Positions 23,823-33,064 of a DNA stretch of 64,000 nt are shown piece after piece. Under the pieces are notes generated by a model. That model did not search any database and was not told the origin of the DNA. It saw only the letters and a program-made list of their open reading frames with translations. This stretch comes from Myxococcota bacterium (GTDB taxonomy: Bacteria; Myxococcota_A; UBA796; SXON01): the NCBI GenBank assembly GCA_040386535.1, contig JAZKFH010000024.1, forward strand, positions 68,330 to 132,329, read 5' to 3'. Within the stretch, counting starts at the first letter, position 1; each line of letters begins with the position of its first letter. Both the position numbers and the translations under genes were made by a program.

Positions 23823-24745
23823 GCACCGACCGCCCCACCGGCTACCGCCCCACCCACGACTGGCCGCGCTGGACCCCGGGCACGGGGGCCGGCGGCACGT
23901 GGAAGCAGTCCCCCGACGACTTCCAGGTGACCGAGGTGCCGCTCATCGTGCCGACGGGCGCCGGCGAGCACCAGTGGCTCCGCATCGAGAAGGTGGGCTT
24001 CACCACGCAGGACGTGGTCGACGAGCTCTCGTTCCGCGCCGGCGTGCCCCCCGACAGCGTCGGCTACGCCGGTCTCAAGGACCGCTTCGCGCGCACCGTC
24101 CAGGACTTCACGATCCACTTCGGCAAGGAGGTCACGAGCCTCCCCGAGGGCATGCGCATCGTCGAGCGCACCCGCAACGCCCGGCGGCTCCGCTCGGGGC
24201 AGCTCGTCGGCAACGACTTCGCGTTGTTCGTGATCGGCGGCGATCCGGTGGTCGCCAGGGCCCGGCTGGAGCTGCTCCGGGCGACCGGGATGCCGAACTA
24301 CTACGGCGCCCAGCGGGTCGGCGGCACCGCGCCCGGCGAGGGGCGGGCCATCCTGCTCGGCGGCGGGCCCCGGCTGCGCCACAACCAGCTCAAGTTCGTG
24401 CTCTCGGCGTACCAGTCGCTGCTGTTCAACCGGGTGCTCGCCGCCCGCGGCCCCGCGCGGCTCGAAGGTGATGTCGAGGAGGACGGCATCCCGACGGGCC
24501 CGATGTTCGGCCCGACGATGAAGGTGCCGACCGGCGCGGCCCTGGCCCTGGAGCAACAGGTGCTCGCCGACGAGGGGCTCCCCGGCAACGCCTGGACCCG
24601 CTTCGAGAAGCTCACCCAGGGCACCCGCCGCAAGTTGTGGGTGCCGGTCGAGGCGACGGTGACCGAGGCCGACGGCGGGTTCTGGCTGCGCTTTCGCCTG
24701 CCCGCCGGGAGCTACGCGACCGAGCTGCTGGAGGAGATCCTTTAG
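23819..24745 (+). CDS. truD: tRNA pseudouridine(13) synthase TruD
   Basis: KQSPDDFQVTE, GEHQWLRIEK, GYAGLKDR, PNYYGAQR, FRLPAGSYAT; GTG start overlapping the upstream stop. Confidence 0.94.
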   Translation: MSTDRPTGYRPTHDWPRWTPGTGAGGTWKQSPDDFQVTEVPLIVPTGAGEHQWLRIEKVGFTTQDVVDELSFRAGVPPDSVGYAGLKDRFARTVQDFTIHFGKEVTSLPEGMRIVERTRNARRLRSGQLVGNDFALFVIGGDPVVARARLELLRATGMPNYYGAQRVGGTAPGEGRAILLGGGPRLRHNQLKFVLSAYQSLLFNRVLAARGPARLEGDVEEDGIPTGPMFGPTMKVPTGAALALEQQVLADEGLPGNAWTRFEKLTQGTRRKLWVPVEATVTEADGGFWLRFRLPAGSYATELLEEIL

Positions 24746-24778
24746 GGTCCCCTCCGCACTTGCTCTCCTCGGCGCTGG

Positions 24779-25270
24779 CTAGAAGTACCAGCGCCCGCCC
24801 GCCGCGCCGCGGGGGCTGATGAGGCAGAAGCCGGCGTAGGCGCCGTACCCCGAGCACAGGTTGAGCGGGTAGACGCCCAGGCCCACGTCGACGAAGACGC
24901 TCGCGGGGACCTTGTTGAACTGGAGCTCAATGCCGACGCCGCCGCCGACGCCGATCTGGGCGCCGGTGTAGCCGAAGTAGGTCCAGAGCCCGACGTCGAC
25001 GCCGGCGTCCCAGTACATGTCCAGGCGGCCGAAGTCCCAGTCGCCGAACTCGACGAACTCGGACTCGAAGTTGACGCGGGCGCCGTGGTAGATGCCGGAG
25101 CTTCCCAGGTAGGCGGCGATACCGGACTTCTCGCTCAGGTAGAACTTCCCGGTGGCGGAGATGGCGAATGGCCCGGAGGCGACTCCGATCCCGAACTTCT
25201 TGGTGGTAGCTACGTCACTGGCTTCGACGACGGATGACAGGGCGAGGGCAAGCAGCACGCGATTCTCCAA
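24779..25270 (-). CDS. Outer-membrane beta-barrel protein (DUF3996-like; probable paralog of 5139..5687)
   Basis: KFGIGV, alternating beta strands, VPASVFVDV, terminal GGRWYF. Start uncertain. Confidence 0.7.
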   Translation of the reverse strand: MENRVLLALALSSVVEASDVATTKKFGIGVASGPFAISATGKFYLSEKSGIAAYLGSSGIYHGARVNFESEFVEFGDWDFGRLDMYWDAGVDVGLWTYFGYTGAQIGVGGGVGIELQFNKVPASVFVDVGLGVYPLNLCSGYGAYAGFCLISPRGAAGGRWYF

Positions 25271-25373
25271 ATTCCTACGGAGACTAACGCGTACTCGCGC
25301 ATGAGGCCCGGTAGTGCGTTAGTCACCGCTCGCTCGACTGAACGAGCAATTCGTGCCACACGAAGGACTATCC

Positions 25374-25832
25374 ATGAAGAACCTCCTCCTCGCCCTCGCG
25401 GCCACCGCGACGCTCGCGGGCTGCAACCTCAAGTCCCACTCGTTCCCCGGCGCGCCGCTCCCGTTCGCCAGCGTCGACTACGACGTGATGGGCGCCACCA
25501 GCGCCGAAGCCTGCGGCACCTACATCTTCGGCATCGACTTCGGCCACCTCTTCACCGACAACCAAGGCTCGGCCTCGGCCGCGGCCGGTGGCGATCCGCT
25601 CTCCGCCATCCTCGGCATGCTCCCGATCGGCGGGCCCTCGCCCGAGGCCGGCCGCGCGCTGTACGACGCGATGGAGAAGATGCCCGAGGCGACCAACCTC
25701 TACTCCCCCAAGATCCACGAGACCGTCACCGGCATCTCCCCGTTCGGCACCCCGATCTTCGGCCAGCGCTGCGCCGAGGTCGAGGCCCGCGGCGTCAAGC
25801 TCGGCAAGGGTCCCGTCCCGAACGCGCACTAG
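25374..25832 (+). CDS. Lipoprotein of unknown function (TRL-like, Cys pair)
   Basis: MKNLLLALAATATLAGC lipobox; AAGGA RBS; AEAC.YIFG...C.EVEARG. Confidence 0.8.
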   Translation: MKNLLLALAATATLAGCNLKSHSFPGAPLPFASVDYDVMGATSAEACGTYIFGIDFGHLFTDNQGSASAAAGGDPLSAILGMLPIGGPSPEAGRALYDAMEKMPEATNLYSPKIHETVTGISPFGTPIFGQRCAEVEARGVKLGKGPVPNAH

Positions 25833-25869
25833 TCCGCGCGGCGCGGGTCTCGCCCGCGCTGCCCGTCCT

Positions 25870-25911
25870 CCACACCCTCCCCGGTCACTCGGCGGAGGGT
25901 GTGGTCGTTTT
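25870..25911 (+). terminator. Hairpin between convergent genes, probable terminator
   Basis: CCACACCCTCC...GGAGGGTGTGG 11-bp stem followed by TCGTTTT. Confidence 0.55.
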
Positions 25912-25940
25912 GGCGGTCCGCGCGGGGGGGCCCGATCGCT

Positions 25941-26825
25941 CTACTTCAGCCAGCCGCGCTCGAGCTGCGCCTCGGCCGTCCCCTCGGCCCAGAGCAGGTA
26001 CTGATCGAGCTCCGAAGTGCTCGCCTGCCCCTTCTGCGCCTGGATGTGGCGGCCCAGGAGCGGCATCGACCACGCGGGGCGGCCCGACACCGTGTCGTAG
26101 AGCACCACGAGGGCCTCCACGCGGGCGCCGGCGGTGCAGCCGAAGGTCTGGCCGAGGAACCAGCCGCCGTTGTGGGTGTAGTACGAGCGGAGGTAGGGCA
26201 CGATGACCCAGCGGGAGCCGCCCAGCGTGGCACGCTGAGCGCTGTCGAGCGCCGCGGGGATGAGCTCGGTGCGAGGGAGGTTCACGTTGTCGTGGCCGTC
26301 CTCCGGGTGGAGCCCGCGGAAGCGCTGGCGTTCGGGGACCGGGGCGACCGCGGGCGCGGGCGCGCCAATGGGCACGTCGACCGCGTCGAGCACGCGGGGC
26401 AGCGCGTCCGACAACCAGCGCGTGCCGTCAGCCGCGTACCGCGCATCGAGGCCGAACTCGATGAGGCGCGCGCGCACCTCGAGCGCCACATCGCCCGTGC
26501 GCACGAAGCCCCCGCCGAAGCGGATGTTGCCGAAGAACTCGTTGCGCAGGAACGCGGCGTCGCGCGGGTTCTCCACGTCGAGCACGGAGGGCGTCGCGAG
26601 GTGCTCCTCCCCTTCGCGCAGGCGCGCCTCGATCTCTCCCATCGCGAGCGACGGGGCGATCGGCGCCGCGGGGAGGTCCTGCATGCGCACCACCGGCGCG
26701 ATCGACACGCCTTCCGCGCGCACGGCGCGTGCGATGTCGGGGTCCAGCTTGCCGGAGGACACGATGGGCTCCCGCTTCGCGCACGCCGTCACCACCAGGA
26801 TCAGCGCCAACAGGGCCCCTCTCAC
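25941..26825 (-). CDS. Lipoprotein of unknown function
   Basis: GTG 26825 overlapping the upstream stop; MRGALLALILVVTAC lipobox. Confidence 0.78.
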   Translation of the reverse strand: MRGALLALILVVTACAKREPIVSSGKLDPDIARAVRAEGVSIAPVVRMQDLPAAPIAPSLAMGEIEARLREGEEHLATPSVLDVENPRDAAFLRNEFFGNIRFGGGFVRTGDVALEVRARLIEFGLDARYAADGTRWLSDALPRVLDAVDVPIGAPAPAVAPVPERQRFRGLHPEDGHDNVNLPRTELIPAALDSAQRATLGGSRWVIVPYLRSYYTHNGGWFLGQTFGCTAGARVEALVVLYDTVSGRPAWSMPLLGRHIQAQKGQASTSELDQYLLWAEGTAEAQLERGWLK

Positions 26826-27817
26826 GCGGCCCCCTGCGTGGCCGACGCGCGGCTCCGACCGACGACCTCGCGCAACGAGAGACCCTCCCAGACGAGAAAG
26901 AAGAGGCCCGCGCCCACCGTGAAGCCGAATTGGCCGAGGTGGAGCAGGACCGCGAAGGTGCGGGCGCGGTCGGCGTCGGCGCCGAGCATCACGAGGCCCG
27001 CGGAGCAGAAGGCCTCGAACCCGCCGAAGAAGCCGGGGGTGGGGGCGACCGTCATGCCCGCGAGCGTGACGGACCAGACGGTGAGCGCGTTGCCGAGGCT
27101 CACGGGGAGCCCGGGGAACGCCGCGAGGTGGACGTAGACGGCCAGGATCGTGACCCCCCAGATGACGATGGACGTGACGAGCACCTCCGCCAGCGCCGCC
27201 GGGCGCCGGGCGAGCGTCCGGATGCCCTCGTGGAAGCGCCGCAGGAAGCTCCCGAGGGGCAGCCGGTCGGTGAGGCGGAGGATCGGCTCGCCGACGACGA
27301 GCAGCACGACGAGGCCCACGGTGCCGAGCGCCACGAGGGTGCCGACCGCGCGCTGGCCGGCCCGGAGCACGTCGATGCCCTCGACCACGATGCGGCCCTC
27401 GGGCAGATCGACCACGAAGCCCACGAGCATCATCATGCCGAGCAGCATGAACATGTCGACGAGGCGCTCGATGAAGATCGCGGCGAGGCCGGCCCCGAAG
27501 GGGATCTGCTCCTTCTCTGCGAGCAGCGTGGGCCGCACGAACTCGCCCATGCGGAGCGGCACGACGTTGATGGCGAGGTACCCGATCGAGAGGATGGAGA
27601 GCAGGCGCACGAACGGCACCGGGCGCCCCAGGATCGTGCGCAGGCGCACCACGCGGAGGGAGTGGGCCCCGGCGTAGCACACGAACACGATGCCGAGGTA
27701 GCCCCAGCGGAAGTCGCCCAGGCTCACCGCGACCACGGCGGGGTCGATGCCCCAGAGGACCCAGGCGAGGCAGAGCACGGTCACGACGAGGACGGCGGCG
27801 ATCTTCAGTCGCATCAA
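26822..27817 (-). CDS. Lysylphosphatidylglycerol-synthase TM / flippase-like membrane protein (UPF0104)
   Basis: GYLAINVVPLRMGEFVR, IERLVD, PTPGFFGGFE; multiple TM helices. Confidence 0.9.
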   Translation of the reverse strand: MMRLKIAAVLVVTVLCLAWVLWGIDPAVVAVSLGDFRWGYLGIVFVCYAGAHSLRVVRLRTILGRPVPFVRLLSILSIGYLAINVVPLRMGEFVRPTLLAEKEQIPFGAGLAAIFIERLVDMFMLLGMMMLVGFVVDLPEGRIVVEGIDVLRAGQRAVGTLVALGTVGLVVLLVVGEPILRLTDRLPLGSFLRRFHEGIRTLARRPAALAEVLVTSIVIWGVTILAVYVHLAAFPGLPVSLGNALTVWSVTLAGMTVAPTPGFFGGFEAFCSAGLVMLGADADRARTFAVLLHLGQFGFTVGAGLFFLVWEGLSLREVVGRSRASATQGAA

Positions 27818-28689
27818 CCCGCCGATTCGCGGTCGGCGGGCGCCGCGGGGGCCGCTGGTGAAGGCGAGGCGGACTCAGCCCCGCGCCATCGCAGCTGCCG
27901 GGGGCCTGGGCGCAGGAGCTGGAGCCCGATCCACGAGTTGTCCAACGACTGCTTGTCCTCGACGCCGTAGAGCTCGGGGGGGACCGCGCGCGTCACGTCG
28001 GTGCCGAACAGGCGGTCCCACAGGGGGAGCGCGTTCGCGTAGTTGCCATCGTAGATCTGCCCGTCGCGCGTGTGGTGCCAGGAGTGGAACAGGGGGGTGT
28101 TGAACACCTGGAACCAGAGGCGCTTGAACGGCGTGTCCGGCGTGAACCGCACGTTCGAGTGCTCGATCGAGTCCGCGACGATGCCGACGATCAGCGCGGC
28201 CGGCAGCGGCCAGCCCTCCGACACGCGGAACAGGACGCCGAAGAGCAGGAGCGGGATGGCCGCGAGCTGGACGAAGTCGAACACGTGCATGCGGAAGCCC
28301 GTGGTCGCGTCCAGCTGCTCGGCCGAGTGATGCACCCGGTGGAAGCTCCACAAGAACGGCACGCGATGGTCGGCGTAGTGCAGCCAGTAGCGCGCGAAGT
28401 CGAGCGTGAGGAAGGCGATGAGGAACTGGACCACCGTGGGCAGCGCCGTCAGGTCCAGCAGGCGCCCCTCCAACGGCTGGATCCCCGCGTAGACGAGGGC
28501 CAGGAGGACCGCCTGCCGCCCGGCGAAGAGCACGCCGCCGTTGAGCAGGTTCACCCACGTCTCCTGGGTCAGGAGCCCGCTACGGGCCTCGCGTGGCCAG
28601 ATCCGGGCCGCGAGGAGCCCGAGGACCAACACCACCGCCTGAGCCAACGTCGTCGCCATCGCCGCTGCCCTAACCGCGTCCCCCGGCAC
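27814..28689 (-). CDS. Sterol desaturase / fatty-acid hydroxylase family protein
   Basis: His boxes YWLHYADH, FHRVHHS, EHSN, FHSWHH; NYAN...WDRLFGT. Start uncertain. Confidence 0.9.
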   Translation of the reverse strand: MPGDAVRAAAMATTLAQAVVLVLGLLAARIWPREARSGLLTQETWVNLLNGGVLFAGRQAVLLALVYAGIQPLEGRLLDLTALPTVVQFLIAFLTLDFARYWLHYADHRVPFLWSFHRVHHSAEQLDATTGFRMHVFDFVQLAAIPLLLFGVLFRVSEGWPLPAALIVGIVADSIEHSNVRFTPDTPFKRLWFQVFNTPLFHSWHHTRDGQIYDGNYANALPLWDRLFGTDVTRAVPPELYGVEDKQSLDNSWIGLQLLRPGPRQLRWRGAESASPSPAAPAAPADRESAG

Positions 28690-28781
28690 ACGTCCCCCTC
28701 CCTCGTGAGAACTTGAGGCGAGAGAAGACAGGGTCGAGGAGGCGTGTCCGCGTTAGATGCCCGGCCCGCAAGGAGCTACTG

Positions 28782-30359
28782 ATGATCGTCGTGAGCAATG
28801 TGTCGAAGGGCTTCGGAGGGCGCCTGCTCTTCGAGTCGGTCACGACGTCTTTTGGCCCTGGCAAGCGCTTCGGCCTCACCGGGCCGAACGGCGCCGGCAA
28901 GACCACCTTCATGAAGATCCTCATCGGCGATCTCGAGCCCGACAGCGGCACGATCAGCCGTCCCAAGCGGCTCGGCATCCTGCGCCAGGACCACACCCTC
29001 TACGACGACATGCGTGTCGTCGACACCGTCATCGCGGGCAACAAGCGCCTGTGGGACGCGATGACGGAGAAGGATGCCCTGCTCGCCAAGCCGGACCAGA
29101 CGGAGGAAGACGGCGAGCGCATGGGCGATCTCGAGTGTGTCATCGCGGAGGAGGACGGCTACACCGCCGAGCCCGACGCCGCCGTGATGCTCGAGGGCCT
29201 CGGCATCACGCAGGCCCAGCAGGAGCGCCCGATGAAGGAGCTCCAGGGCGGCTTCAAGCTGCGCGTGCTGCTCGCGCAGGCGCTGTTCGGGGCCCCGCAC
29301 GCCCTCCTGCTCGACGAGCCCACCAACAGCCTCGACATCGAGTCGATCGCCTGGCTGGAGGAGTTCCTCCTCTCGTTCAACGGCGTGCTCGTGGTCATCT
29401 CCCACGATCGTCACTTCCTGAACTCGGTGTGCACCCACATCGCCGACATCGACTACCAGGCGATCATCCAGTACAGCGGCAATTACGACGACATGGTGCG
29501 CGCCAAGGCGCAGGTCCGCTCCCAGGTCGAGTCGTCCAACTCCCGGAAGATGGACAAGATCAAGCAGCTGCAGGACTTCGTCCAGAAGTTCGGCGCCGGT
29601 ACGCGGTCCACACAAGCGGCCTCCCGCAAGAAGGAGATCGAGCGTCTCCGCCCCGACGAGATCAAGCGCTCGAACATCGCCCGCCCCTACATCCGCTTCG
29701 ACTTCGAGCGGTCCAGCGGTCGCGACGTGCTCGAGATCCGCAAGCTCGCGGGCGGCTACGGCGACCAGCGCCTGTTCGGCGGCCTGAACATCGACATCAG
29801 CCGTGGCGACAAGGTGGCGATCATCGGCCGCAACGGCACCGGAAAGACCACGCTCGTCCGCACGCTTCTCAAGGAGCTCCCGGCGCTCCAGGGCAGCATC
29901 AAGTGGGGCCACGAGACCAACCCCGGCTACTTCCCGCAGGAGCACGAGCACCAGATCCCGCCCGGCTACACCGTGTTCAACTGGATGTTCGAGCAGAAGC
30001 CCATCGCCGGCAAGGAAGGCGTCCGGCAGGTGCTCGGCCGCATGTTGTTCTCCGGGGAGGACGGCGACAAGCCCACCGCCACCCTCTCCGGCGGCGAGCG
30101 CGTGCGCACCCTCCTCGCGAAGCTCATGCTGCTCCAGCACAACGTCCTGCTCCTCGACGAGCCCACCAACCACATGGACCTCGAGGCGATCTCGGCCCTC
30201 CGTGACGGCATCGAGGCCTACCAGGGCACGTGCATCTTCGTGACGCACGACCGCGATCTCGTGGAGACCGTCGCGAACAAGATCATCGCGTTCGACGGCG
30301 CGGGGAAGGCCGAGGTCTACACCGGCGGCTTCGCCGAGTACCTCAAGACCCGGAAGTAG
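28782..30359 (+). CDS. ABC-F family ATPase (YbiT-like)
   Basis: Two ABC domains (GPNGAGKTT, LLDEPTN; GRNGTGKTT, LSGGE, LLDEPTNH), no TM segments; AAGGAG RBS. Confidence 0.95.
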   Translation: MIVVSNVSKGFGGRLLFESVTTSFGPGKRFGLTGPNGAGKTTFMKILIGDLEPDSGTISRPKRLGILRQDHTLYDDMRVVDTVIAGNKRLWDAMTEKDALLAKPDQTEEDGERMGDLECVIAEEDGYTAEPDAAVMLEGLGITQAQQERPMKELQGGFKLRVLLAQALFGAPHALLLDEPTNSLDIESIAWLEEFLLSFNGVLVVISHDRHFLNSVCTHIADIDYQAIIQYSGNYDDMVRAKAQVRSQVESSNSRKMDKIKQLQDFVQKFGAGTRSTQAASRKKEIERLRPDEIKRSNIARPYIRFDFERSSGRDVLEIRKLAGGYGDQRLFGGLNIDISRGDKVAIIGRNGTGKTTLVRTLLKELPALQGSIKWGHETNPGYFPQEHEHQIPPGYTVFNWMFEQKPIAGKEGVRQVLGRMLFSGEDGDKPTATLSGGERVRTLLAKLMLLQHNVLLLDEPTNHMDLEAISALRDGIEAYQGTCIFVTHDRDLVETVANKIIAFDGAGKAEVYTGGFAEYLKTRK

Positions 30360-30360
30360 C

Positions 30361-31089
30361 ATGAGGGCGTGGTGGCCCCAGGTGCGCGCCGTCCTGGTCG
30401 CGTTTCACCTCGTCGCCATCACGCTCTCGGCGCTGCCGTCCCCCGAGGGGGGCCTGAACCGCGCCACGTGGTCGGACCCCACGGTGCAGGCGGAGTTCTC
30501 CGCGTGGGCCGCCCGGCTCGGCATGGAGAAGGGCGACTTCGAGGACCAGCTCTGGACCTTCGCGAGCGCCTACGGGAGCGGCTACCGGCAGCTGCTCACC
30601 CCGGTGCGTCCCTACGAGGAGCTCGTGGGGTCCGAGCAGAGCTGGAAGATGTTCATCGCGCCGCACCGCTTCCCCACGCGGCTCGAGATCGCCGGGCGGA
30701 CGCCGGGCGGCGAGTGGTCCGTCCTGTTCGTGGAGTCCTCCCCCACCGCCACCTGGCGCAAGGACCTGCTCCGCGTCGAGCGCCTGCGCTCCGCGATCTT
30801 CCGATGGGGCTGGCCGAACTACGCCAGCGCGTGGAGCAAGGGCTGCATCGCGCTCGCGGGGCTCGCCTTCGCGGACTTCCCCGCGGTCGACGAGGTGCGG
30901 TGCCGGTTCTGGAAGGCGAAGTCGCCGTCCCCGGAGGAGGCCGCGAGCGGCACTCTCCCGGAGGGCAAGTGGTTCAGCCCGCGCATCGTCCGTCGGAGCG
31001 CACCGCTCGTAGCTGAGCGGCCGCCCGACGACTCGGCACCCAAGGGCGCCGCCGTCCCCGAGGCCCTCCCCGCGGCCCCGACGCCATGA
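30361..31089 (+). CDS. Membrane-anchored partner of the HTTM protein (SdpA/DUF5819-like)
   Basis: N-terminal TM with His (AFHLVAI); QSWKMF motif; ATGA overlap with the next gene. Confidence 0.65.
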   Translation: MRAWWPQVRAVLVAFHLVAITLSALPSPEGGLNRATWSDPTVQAEFSAWAARLGMEKGDFEDQLWTFASAYGSGYRQLLTPVRPYEELVGSEQSWKMFIAPHRFPTRLEIAGRTPGGEWSVLFVESSPTATWRKDLLRVERLRSAIFRWGWPNYASAWSKGCIALAGLAFADFPAVDEVRCRFWKAKSPSPEEAASGTLPEGKWFSPRIVRRSAPLVAERPPDDSAPKGAAVPEALPAAPTP

Positions 31090-32087
31090 TCCGCCGCGTC
31101 CCCTCCCTGTGGCGCCGCTGGGTCGCCCTGCTCGACCACCGCGAGCCCGCCACCGCCCTCGCCCTCGCGCGGATCGTGCTCGGCCTCTCGCTCGTCGCGC
31201 ACCTGGGCCACCTCGCCTGGGTCGGCGGAGACCTGCTCGTGTGGACCGACGCCGCCTACGGCGGGCTGCGCTCGCTCGACGCCGGCTGGATGGCCCACCT
31301 CGGGGGGCTCACCCCCGAGAACGTGCGCGGGCTCGTGATCGTGACGGTGCTCGCGGCCACGGCCTTCACCATCGGGCTGTTCACGCGCGCCGCCGCGCTC
31401 GTCACCTGGGTCGGCTTTCGCACGCTCGCAGATCTGAACGGGCACTCGGGCGGCGCCTACGACGAGCTCGCCAAGAACATCCTGTTGCTCCTGCTGGTCA
31501 GCGGGTGTGGGCGCGCGCTCTCGATCGACGCGTGGCGCACCGCCCGGAACGGAGGCACCTCCGCGGATCGCCTCGCGCCCGCCTGGCCGCGCTACGCCCT
31601 CGTGTTTCAGCTCGTGCTCATGTACTGGGCCACGGGCATGCAGAAGGTGTCGTCCGGGTGGGTGCCCGGCGGCTCGGCGGACGCGCTCTGGTACATCCTC
31701 CAGCAGCCCACGTGGCAGCGCCGGGAGATGACGTGGCTCGCGCCGCTGTTCCCGCTGACCCAGGTGGCGACCCTCGCCACGTGGACCTTCGAGCAGGCGG
31801 CGCCGCTCCTCTTGCTCGCGTTCTGGTTCCGCCGCACCCGCACCCGCCCCGGTCGCGTGCGGGCGGCGTTCAACCGGCTCGACGTGCGCGCGATCTACCT
31901 CTTCCTCGGCGTCGGCATGCACGTCGGCATCGAGGCCACCATGGAGGTCGGCGTCTTCAGCTGGGCCACGATGGCCATATACGCCGCGTGCTTCCACCCG
32001 GACGAGTGGCTCTGGGCCGGGCGGAAGCTGCGCGCGCTGCTTACTCGACCGCTTCCATCGTCAGGCCCAGCTCCCAGCGCGCCGTGA
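31086..32087 (+). CDS. HTTM-domain membrane protein (SdpB-like)
   Basis: LALARIVLG, GLFTR, ALSID, QLVLMYWATGMQK...W..G, GVGMHVGI..TM.VG.FS. Confidence 0.85.
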   Translation: MIRRVPSLWRRWVALLDHREPATALALARIVLGLSLVAHLGHLAWVGGDLLVWTDAAYGGLRSLDAGWMAHLGGLTPENVRGLVIVTVLAATAFTIGLFTRAAALVTWVGFRTLADLNGHSGGAYDELAKNILLLLLVSGCGRALSIDAWRTARNGGTSADRLAPAWPRYALVFQLVLMYWATGMQKVSSGWVPGGSADALWYILQQPTWQRREMTWLAPLFPLTQVATLATWTFEQAAPLLLLAFWFRRTRTRPGRVRAAFNRLDVRAIYLFLGVGMHVGIEATMEVGVFSWATMAIYAACFHPDEWLWAGRKLRALLTRPLPSSGPAPSAP

Positions 32088-33051
32088 TGTCCTCGGCGAC
32101 GATGTACATGCAGTACGGCTCGCCGTCGCTGCAGGGCACACACTCGACGCCGGCCTTCACCGCGATGCGGCACACCGCGCTGTAGTCGTCCGCGGCCTGG
32201 TTCAGGAGGGGGCCCATGTGCCGCGAGTCCCCAAAACCGCTGCCCACGCCCTTCTCGATGCTCGTGCCGTCGGCGGTGAACGTGCCCGACAGGTGGAACT
32301 GCTCGATGGGGATGGGGATCCCGTTGTAGCTGACGGTGATGTAGTCGGCGTAGGCCTCGAAGTAGGGCTGCTCCTCGAAGGAGCCGGCGGGGAAGTCCCA
32401 GGTCTCCTCGTCCATCACCTGGGTGTAGCTCCCGTCGTTCTCGTGGTAGCCGACGCCGCCGAGCAGGTCGATCTCGCTGCTCCCGGCCGAGCTGATCGAG
32501 ATCAGGAGCGGCACGGTGAGGTAGGTCGACGCGACGAAGTCGAGGAACGACGGCTCGGTGATGGTCGACTCGGACAGGCGCCAGACGAAGGCGCGGCCGA
32601 CCAAAGAGGATGGATCCTCGGTGAGCGGCGTGCCGAGGCTCGAGGTCGTGAAGCTCGACGAGGTGGCGACGCCGCACACGTCCACGCCGAGGGTGTAGGT
32701 CGTGTCGGCGGCGAGCACCGTCGAGAGGATGGCCTGGACGTTGCCCTCGGTCCACGTGGTCTCGAAGGCCGCGGCGGTGCCGCCGGCATCGGTCAGGGTG
32801 AACGCGGCGGTCGAGCCGTCTCCCTCGAAGCTCACCTCGATGGGGTCCCGGTAGTACACGGCGGTGGCGCCGTCGGCCGGCTCGTTGCCGATCACCGTCG
32901 CCGTGCAGGGCACGTCGGTGTCGGTATCGGTGTCGGTGTCCGTGTCCGAGTCGGCGGTGTCGCCCCCGTTCACGTCCTTGTCGTCGGTCGCACCGAGGTC
33001 TTTCTCTACACAGGCGCTCAAGGCGAGCACCCACACCAGATGACGGCTCAT
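32041..33051 (-). CDS. Lipoprotein with Ig-like (Big_5-type) domain
   Basis: LALSAC lipobox, DT repeats, PADGAT.V....I.V.F...L...TTYT; GAGGAG RBS. Confidence 0.8.
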   Translation of the reverse strand: MSRHLVWVLALSACVEKDLGATDDKDVNGGDTADSDTDTDTDTDTDVPCTATVIGNEPADGATAVYYRDPIEVSFEGDGSTAAFTLTDAGGTAAAFETTWTEGNVQAILSTVLAADTTYTLGVDVCGVATSSSFTTSSLGTPLTEDPSSLVGRAFVWRLSESTITEPSFLDFVASTYLTVPLLISISSAGSSEIDLLGGVGYHENDGSYTQVMDEETWDFPAGSFEEQPYFEAYADYITVSYNGIPIPIEQFHLSGTFTADGTSIEKGVGSGFGDSRHMGPLLNQAADDYSAVCRIAVKAGVECVPCSDGEPYCMYIVAEDITARWELGLTMEAVE

Positions 33052-33064
33052 GTCTCCTCCTCTC

